Below are positions 57,986-64,000 of a stretch of DNA of 64,000 nt, in pieces. The stretch is taken from the NCBI GenBank assembly GCA_040216765.1, contig JAVJON010000066.1, positions 20,661 to 84,660 on the forward strand, in the 5' to 3' direction. Origin of the DNA: Sneathiellaceae bacterium. Its GTDB lineage: Bacteria > Pseudomonadota > Alphaproteobacteria > Ferrovibrionales > Ferrovibrionaceae. The notes beneath the pieces were generated by a model. That model made no database searches, was not told where the DNA came from, and saw only the letters and a list, made by a program, of their open reading frames with translations. A program made the position numbers and the translations under genes. Position 1 is the first letter of the stretch, and every line of letters begins with the position of its first letter.

Positions 57986-58576
57986 TCAGGGATACAGCCG
58001 GGTATAGCTCCAGCCGCCCCCTGCCGGGATATATTGCGCCCTGTCGTGCAAACGGAACTTGCCGTCGGCCCAGAACTCGAATCGCCGCGGCACCAGGCGG
58101 AAGCCGGACCAGTGCGGCGGCCGCGGCACCCGGCCGACACCGAAACGGGCGGCCTCCCGCGCGACCGCCTTCTCCAGGCCGAACCGGTCCGCCAGCGGCG
58201 CCGACTGGTCCGAGGCCCAGGCGCCGATCTGGCTCTGCCGGGCGCGGCTGGCGAAATAGGCATCGGCCTCGGCGTCGGTGACCGGGGTGACCGCGCCCTC
58301 GACCCGGACCTGGCGCCGCCGGCTCTTCCAATGGAACAACAGGGCGGCCCTGGGGTTTCCCGTCAGGTCGCGGCCCTTCCGGCTGCCCAGATTGGTGTAG
58401 AAGACGAAGCCGGACGGGTCGGCCCCCTTCAGCAGCACCATCCGCAGGCTCGGCTGGCCCTCGGCATCGACCGTCGCCAGTGCCATGGCATTGGGATCGT
58501 TGGGTTCGCTGGCCTCCGCATCGGCAAGCCAGGCGGCGAAACTGGCGAAGGGATCGTCATCGGGACCGGGAAACAT
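57986..58576 (-). CDS. pdxH: pyridoxamine 5'-phosphate oxidase
   Basis: PNPOx pattern ([10 protein letters not shown]...FVFYTN..SRKG, RVEG, FEFW...RLHDR). Start at the ATG at 58576. Confidence 0.9.
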   Translation of the reverse strand: MFPGPDDDPFASFAAWLADAEASEPNDPNAMALATVDAEGQPSLRMVLLKGADPSGFVFYTNLGSRKGRDLTGNPRAALLFHWKSRRRQVRVEGAVTPVTDAEADAYFASRARQSQIGAWASDQSAPLADRFGLEKAVAREAARFGVGRVPRPPHWSGFRLVPRRFEFWADGKFRLHDRAQYIPAGGGWSYTRLYP

Positions 58577-58942
58577 GGCTGAGCCTTCATTCTGCTGCGA
58601 CTGCCCCGTCGCCCGGCGACGGGCACGGAAAAGAATACCGGCGGTCACGACAGCGGGAGCGCCGGCCGGCAATGCCTTGAAATGGACCCGATTGCCGGCC
58701 TATTCCATGCGTCAGTGCGTGCCCGGAGTCCAGTTCGGACAGGGCCGCGAAGGGTATATCCTGGCCGCAAGGGGCAGGCGTCGCGCGGCACGCGGGCCGG
58801 GCCGGGCCGCGCCGATACGTTCAGCCTGCGTTCATGCGCGCCTGTCATCCTGCACGCTCGGCGCTTGGACCGTGCGGTCGGGCGCAGGCTGTCATACATT
58901 GGCCCCGGGAACCTGCGAGGGGCAACGAGGAGAGAGGAAGCG

Positions 58943-59434
58943 ATGTTGAGCTTCGGGAAATCGGTGGCCGGCAAGGCCGGAGTCTTTGTGATTGCGGCCG
59001 GGCTGCTGACCGCTTGCGCCGAGGATAGCGGTACGAAGCAGACGTTCGGCACCTTGCTGGGTGGCGTTGGCGGCGCAGTCGCCGGCTCCCAGTTCGGGTC
59101 GGGCACCGGACAGCTGGTCGCGGTTGCCGCCGGCACCCTGGCCGGTGCCTTCCTCGGCAGCGAGGTCGGCAAGTCGCTGGACCGGGCCGACAAGCAGGCA
59201 GCGGCCTCGGCAACCACCAATGCGCTGGAAAACAACGCGTCGGGACGGCCGGCGTCGTGGCGGAACCCGGACAGCGGCAATTACGGCACGGTCACGCCGA
59301 CCAGGACCTATCAGGAAGCATCGGGCCAGTACTGCCGCGAGTACCAGCAGACCGTTGTCGTGGGTGGCGAGAGCCAGAAGGCCTATGGCACCGCCTGCCG
59401 CCAGCCGGATGGCAGCTGGAAGGTCGTCAACTGA
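58943..59434 (+). CDS. outer-membrane lipoprotein, glycine-zipper / 17-kDa surface-antigen family
   Basis: Lipobox (AAGLLTAC), a Gly-zipper ([21 protein letters not shown]) and the conserved C-terminus (YCREYQQTV...[14 protein letters not shown]). Confidence 0.75.
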   Translation: MLSFGKSVAGKAGVFVIAAGLLTACAEDSGTKQTFGTLLGGVGGAVAGSQFGSGTGQLVAVAAGTLAGAFLGSEVGKSLDRADKQAAASATTNALENNASGRPASWRNPDSGNYGTVTPTRTYQEASGQYCREYQQTVVVGGESQKAYGTACRQPDGSWKVVN

Positions 59435-59462
59435 GCGGCGGCGTGGCCCGGCGGCCGGCAGG

Positions 59463-60920
59463 ATGACCGGCCGCCACCTGCCGGATGACACAGCATCGCG
59501 CCCGGCGCCGGTCGACCGGCGCCGGGCGCCCCGGCTGCCGCGCACCCTCAATGTGCTGCCCGCGGCGATCCTGCTCGCGCTGCTGTGCAGCCTTGTGCCC
59601 GTCGCGCGCGGCCTGGCCGATTTCGACGCTGGCCTGAAGGCCTACCAGGCCGGCGAGTTCCGCGCCGCATTCGAGGAATGGATCGACCTCGCCCGTGACG
59701 GCGACCCCGCAGCCATGCGCAATGTCGGCCATCTGTATCGCTGGGGGCATGGCGTCCAGCAGGACCTTCCCACGGCGGCCGACTGGTACCGCCGTGCGGC
59801 GGAGACCGGCCTGGACCGCGCCCAGGCAAACCTCGCCATGATGTATCTGGAAGGCCAGGGCGTGCCCGCGGACCCGGCACAGGCGGCCTACTGGTTCAGC
59901 CAGGCGGCCATCCAGGGCCATACCGTGGCTCAGTTCAACCTCGCGCAGCTCTACCAGCAGGGCCGTGGCGTGCAGCGCAACGAGGGCCTGGCCCTGGGCT
60001 GGCTGCAGCGGGCCGCGAAGGCCGGGCATCCCGGGGCCCTGGCGCAACTGGGCGCCCTGGTCGCGGAGGCACCGCCCCCGACCCCGGGCCTGCAGCGCAA
60101 GGATGCCCCGCCCGGCAGCGATGCCCCGCCGGCCGTGCCGGCGACGCCCGCGCCGCCCCGGCTCGACCCGGCCAGCGGCGAGTCGCTGGAAACGCCGGCC
60201 ACCGGCAGCGCACCGGAAATCCTGGACCGGCTCGCGGGCGTGTTCGGCAGCGACAAGCCCGCCGAGCCTGAGCCCGCGCCGCCGCCGCGACGGGACGCCG
60301 AAAGCGGCACTGCCAGCGTGCAACCGGTCCGGTCGCCGCCACCGCCCGCCGCCCCGCCGGCCGATGGCAGCGACGGGCCGGCCGCCGCCGGCGACCGCAG
60401 CGATGCCGAGCAATGGGTGCTTGCCCTGATCGAGGATGCGGTCACCGAGGAGCCGGCTCAGGCCGATGCCGCACCGGCCTTGCCGCGCGCCACCGCCGCG
60501 CCATCCTCTCCGGCGCCAGCGGCCTCGGCCGTGGCAGGAACCGCAGCATCGCAGTCGCTCCCGCCGGCCCGGAAGCCGGCGGCCGCCCCGCTCCCGCCGA
60601 TCGACCCGGGGGACGAGGCGGTGGCGGCCATGCGCCTCTACGACGAAGGCCGCTATGACGCGATGCGCGGCAATCTGGCCCCCATGGCCGAAGCCGGGAC
60701 GGGCCGGGCGCAGTACCTGCTGGGCTGGCTCTACGAACAGGGTCTCGGCGGGCCGGCCGACCCGGCACTGGCCTATTACTGGTATATCCGGGCCAGCACC
60801 GGCGGCAACCTGCAGGCGCGGCGCGCACTGGAGGATCTGCAGCGCCGGATCGACCCGGCGGTGCGCAGTCGGGCGGAAGCCCTGCTGCGCACCCGCGGAA
60901 GGTCCGGCAATGGCGGCTGA
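59463..60920 (+). CDS. Sel1-repeat (SLR/TPR-like) protein with a Pro/Ala-rich linker
   Basis: Several Sel1 repeats (A..N.G..Y..G.GV..D...A..WY..AA) at both ends, separated by a low-complexity Pro-rich region. Confidence 0.75.
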   Translation: MTGRHLPDDTASRPAPVDRRRAPRLPRTLNVLPAAILLALLCSLVPVARGLADFDAGLKAYQAGEFRAAFEEWIDLARDGDPAAMRNVGHLYRWGHGVQQDLPTAADWYRRAAETGLDRAQANLAMMYLEGQGVPADPAQAAYWFSQAAIQGHTVAQFNLAQLYQQGRGVQRNEGLALGWLQRAAKAGHPGALAQLGALVAEAPPPTPGLQRKDAPPGSDAPPAVPATPAPPRLDPASGESLETPATGSAPEILDRLAGVFGSDKPAEPEPAPPPRRDAESGTASVQPVRSPPPPAAPPADGSDGPAAAGDRSDAEQWVLALIEDAVTEEPAQADAAPALPRATAAPSSPAPAASAVAGTAASQSLPPARKPAAAPLPPIDPGDEAVAAMRLYDEGRYDAMRGNLAPMAEAGTGRAQYLLGWLYEQGLGGPADPALAYYWYIRASTGGNLQARRALEDLQRRIDPAVRSRAEALLRTRGRSGNGG

Positions 60921-61045
60921 TCCGCGCGGCCCGGCCGGGCGAGGGGGCGAAAACCTGCCCCTGCGCGCAAATCGGCCTATACTTTCACCCCCGTTCCGGC
61001 ACCTGTCGCAGCGGATGGTGCCGGAACCGGCCAAGCTGATCTGAC

Positions 61046-62035
61046 ATGCGCGATCTCTACAGCATTCTCGAGGTGCCTCGCAGCGCCAGCCAGGACGACA
61101 TCAAGAAAGCCTATCGGCGCCTGGCGAAGGAGTTGCATCCGGACCACAACCCGAACGACCGGATCGTCGCCGACCGTTTCAAGGAAGTCTCCAGCGCCTA
61201 CAAGATCCTGGGCGACATCAAGCAGCGCGGCCGCTACGACCGCGGCGAGATCGACGGCAACGGCAATCAGCGTGCCCGGGGCGGCCCCGGCGGCTTCAAT
61301 GCGGGGGGATTCGATCCGGGCCAACCGCAGGGCGGCCATCGCGCCGGCGCGCGGCGCGGCAGCCGCGCCCGCGAGGAAAGCGAGTTCTTCCGCCAGTTCG
61401 GTTTCGAAGGCGCCGCCACGGGCGGCGGGCCGGAGGACATCTTCTCCGACCTGTTCGGCCAGGGGCGGCGCGAACGGCCGAACCCCTTCACCGAACGCGG
61501 GGCGGACCGGACCTATGCGATTCGCATCGGCTTCCTGGATTCGGCGCGGGGCACCAAGCGGCGCATCACCCTGCCCAGCGGCAAGACCCTGGACGTCAAG
61601 ATTCCTGCGGGGATCGACAGTGGCCAGCAGATCCGCCTGAAGGGCCAGGGCGAAGCCGGGCCGCATGGCGCGCCGGCCGGCGATGCCCTGATCGAGGTCA
61701 ATGTCGATGCCCATGCCTTCTTCACCCGGAAGGGGGACGACATCCACCTGGACCTGCCGATCACCCTGCCGGAGGCCGTGCTGGGCAGCCGGATCCGCGT
61801 GCCGACCATCGACGGAATGGTGAACCTGAGCGTGCCCAAGGGGTCGAACAGCGGCACGGTGCTGCGGCTCAAGGAAAAGGGCGTGCCGGGCGACAAGGCG
61901 CAGCGCCGCGGCGACCAATATGTCAAGCTGATCGTGACCCTGCCGGACACGGCCGATGCCGAACTGGAGAAGCTGATCCGCAAATGGGGCAAGGACGGCG
62001 AGTACGAGGTCCGCCGCAGGTTCGTGGTCGACTGA
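61046..62035 (+). CDS. cbpA: J-domain co-chaperone, CbpA-like (no zinc-finger domain)
   Basis: J domain (DLYSILEVPRSASQDDIKKAYRRLAKELHPDHN), a G/F-like linker and DnaJ C-terminal substrate-binding domains. No CxxCxGxG repeats. Confidence 0.85.
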   Translation: MRDLYSILEVPRSASQDDIKKAYRRLAKELHPDHNPNDRIVADRFKEVSSAYKILGDIKQRGRYDRGEIDGNGNQRARGGPGGFNAGGFDPGQPQGGHRAGARRGSRAREESEFFRQFGFEGAATGGGPEDIFSDLFGQGRRERPNPFTERGADRTYAIRIGFLDSARGTKRRITLPSGKTLDVKIPAGIDSGQQIRLKGQGEAGPHGAPAGDALIEVNVDAHAFFTRKGDDIHLDLPITLPEAVLGSRIRVPTIDGMVNLSVPKGSNSGTVLRLKEKGVPGDKAQRRGDQYVKLIVTLPDTADAELEKLIRKWGKDGEYEVRRRFVVD

Positions 62036-62107
62036 CGCCCCGCCGCTGCCGGCCGCGACCGCCTGGTGGCGGTCCCGGCCGGCAACCTCCCCTGGCGGGA
62101 CGGCTGT

Positions 62108-63454
62108 CTATTGCGAGCCCTGCTGCTCGCTCGCGGCGCTGCTGTCCAGGGCGCCATAGACCATGTCGCGCAGCACGCTCCGCATCGGCACCCGGTGTTT
62201 CGGCGACTGCATCATGAAGAGGACGAACATGTCCTCCACCGGGTCGACCCAGAAATAGGTGCCGGCGGCGCCGCCCCAGTAATATTCCCCCACGCTCCCG
62301 GCGGCCTGCGCCAGGCCTTCGGAGGTCCGTACCGCGAAGCCGAGGCCGAAGCCGTAGCCGGGGCCCGGGAGGTAGTACTTGCCCGGCTTGATACCCGGGC
62401 CCAGGTGATCGGCGGTCATGAAGGCCACCGTCTTCGGGCCCAGGATGCGGGCGCCGTCCAGCTCGCCGCCGTTCAGCATCATCTGCAGGAAACGGGCATA
62501 GTCGCCGGCCGTGGAGACAAGCCCCCCGCCACCGGATTCGTAGGCCATCTGCTGCAGCGGGTCGAACAGGTCGATGGCGCCGATCTTGGCATCATCGGCG
62601 AAGGGCTGGGCGAGACGCCCGGCCTTCGACTGGTCGGTCACGAAGAAGCTGGTGTCGGTCATTTCCAGGGGGTCGAAGATGCGCGCCTTCAGGAAAGCGC
62701 CCAGGGTCTGGCCGGAGGCAACCTCGACCACCCGTCCGAGCACGTCGGTGGCATGGCTGTATTCCCAGGTCGTGCCCGGCTGATGTTCCAGCGGCATGGC
62801 GGCGATCTGCCGGCCGAACTCCTCGTTCGACCAGGTGGGATTGCCGATGCCGGCCTCGTTATAGGCCTTGCGCGCCGCGCCTGCGCCGAAGAAGCCGTAG
62901 GTCAGCCCGGCGGTATGGCGCAGCAGGTCCTGCACGGTCACCGGCCGGCGGGCCGGCTCCATCTTCGCTTCCCCCGCCCCGCCTGCCGGGTCCACCGCGA
63001 CCTGCAGTTCCTTGAACTCGGGGATGTAGCGGGCGACCGGGTCGCCGATCGACAGCTTGCCGTCCTCGACCAGCATCATCGCCGCCACGCTGGTCAGCGG
63101 CTTGGTCATCGAATAGATGCGAAACAGGCCGTCCCTGGTCATCGCGGGACCGTCGGGGCGGAGCTTGCCGACGGTTTCCAGATAGCCGATCTCGCCATGG
63201 CGGACGATCATCAGCACGGCGCCGGGAAAGGTCTTCGCATCGACGCGGTCCTGCAGCATCCCGGTGATCTTCTGCAGCCGGTCCGGCGACAGGCCAAGCG
63301 CCGCGGGGTCGCCCATCGCCATGTCCGCGGCGCAGACCGCGCCGCCGGACAGAAGGCCTGCCGCAATCAGCGCCGCGCCGAGCGTGCTCCTGATCCGCGG
63401 CGCTCCGGCTCGCAGGTCCCTGCCCCGCAAGCCGCCTACGGGCATTGCCGTCAT
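62108..63454 (-). CDS. serine hydrolase, class C beta-lactamase / esterase (EstB-like) family
   Basis: Signal peptide, SxxK motif (IYSMTKPL) and YxN-like motifs downstream. Start at the ATG at 63454. Confidence 0.85.
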   Translation of the reverse strand: MTAMPVGGLRGRDLRAGAPRIRSTLGAALIAAGLLSGGAVCAADMAMGDPAALGLSPDRLQKITGMLQDRVDAKTFPGAVLMIVRHGEIGYLETVGKLRPDGPAMTRDGLFRIYSMTKPLTSVAAMMLVEDGKLSIGDPVARYIPEFKELQVAVDPAGGAGEAKMEPARRPVTVQDLLRHTAGLTYGFFGAGAARKAYNEAGIGNPTWSNEEFGRQIAAMPLEHQPGTTWEYSHATDVLGRVVEVASGQTLGAFLKARIFDPLEMTDTSFFVTDQSKAGRLAQPFADDAKIGAIDLFDPLQQMAYESGGGGLVSTAGDYARFLQMMLNGGELDGARILGPKTVAFMTADHLGPGIKPGKYYLPGPGYGFGLGFAVRTSEGLAQAAGSVGEYYWGGAAGTYFWVDPVEDMFVLFMMQSPKHRVPMRSVLRDMVYGALDSSAASEQQGSQ

Positions 63455-63503
63455 TGTCGTTCCCTCCCGTTGATTTCTTGCCCCGCGGTTGGCGGCGGGT
63501 GCG

Positions 63504-64000
63504 CTATCGCAACAGCCGCCCGATGCCGCGACGTGGCGCGGCGGCGGTTGCTTCGGCGGAATATTGCGCCAGGAACGTGTCCAGGTCGATGGAAAGTGCA
63601 TCCTGCGCGGCGCCCCGGGCCGTCAGCATCCGCGACTGCAGGTCGGTTGCCCAGGGCCGCGCGCGCCGGCCCGGCCTGCCGCCGGGATGCGGCAGTTCCC
63701 GCCAGGCGAGGCCGGGCAGAAGGCGCAGGGCCGCCACCAGGTCGTAGAGCCGCAGCTGCCGCAGGTCGCGGCACAGCACCAGTTCCTGGCGGCCCTTGCG
63801 CAGGACGATGCGTGCCGCCACCAGGCGGGTGATGACGTCGTCCAGCATGTCCGGGGCCAGGCCCGCACTGCGCACCATGGGCGCCAGGCGCAGCGGCATG
63901 CCGGTCTGGCTGCAGCGCCGCAGCTCGTCCAGCAGCAGCATGCCGACCTCGAGGCGCCGCCGGTCCTGGAACTCCTCCTCCGGCACGCCGGCGGCGACCA
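63504..64000 (-). CDS. hypothetical protein, C-terminal part (gene continues beyond the window end)
   Basis: The open frame runs to the window edge and has coding-like composition. A possible relation to C-terminal extensions of YihY/BrkB-family proteins is only a weak recollection. Confidence 0.4.
   Translation of the reverse strand, partial: VAAGVPEEEFQDRRRLEVGMLLLDELRRCSQTGMPLRLAPMVRSAGLAPDMLDDVITRLVAARIVLRKGRQELVLCRDLRQLRLYDLVAALRLLPGLAWRELPHPGGRPGRRARPWATDLQSRMLTARGAAQDALSIDLDTFLAQYSAEATAAAPRRGIGRLLR

Overview
High-GC, alphaproteobacterium-like chromosomal segment (taxon is an inference from gene content such as HWE kinase, glyQS, ppdK and DUF2007). Two blocks look like ordinary housekeeping genes. 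Block 1 (1-18.0 kb): apbC 3' end, peptide-type ABC transporter, ppdK, glyQS, an HWE histidine kinase, sppA, ispB, an alpha-glucan phosphorylase. Block 2 (42.5-64 kb): amidohydrolases, ParDE, acyl-CoA synthetase, SDR, class III cyclase, Usp, CDF transporter, pdxH, a J-protein, a beta-lactamase-like hydrolase. Between them lies an AT-richer, mosaic metal island (~18.07-35.68 kb) that ends at a tRNA-Pro(CGG). It carries copAB, a cupredoxin, a second multicopper oxidase with CopG/DUF411, an Scs-like thiol-disulfide module with SCO1, a DUF305 fusion, a low-GC ICMT/CzcN-like gene, a degenerate serine recombinase, an IS66 remnant and several pseudogenes. A second metal module follows at 37.4-42.45 kb. 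It has a mer-like operator, then a Hg-type MerR fused to an HMA domain, then an atypical P1B ATPase (YPC instead of CPC), then a CcdA-like membrane protein, all translationally coupled. Gene remnants follow it. Most interesting observations: (1) a recurring family of small Cys-motif/Pro-tail ORFs sits at the head of every copper operon, and island 1 has no recognisable copper regulator; (2) the MerR-HMA/ATPase/CcdA-like unit; (3) the N-terminus of the HWE kinase aligns residue-for-residue with the plant/cyanobacterial ethylene-binding domain. All functional calls come from reading the translated ORFs and recalling motifs. No database search was run.
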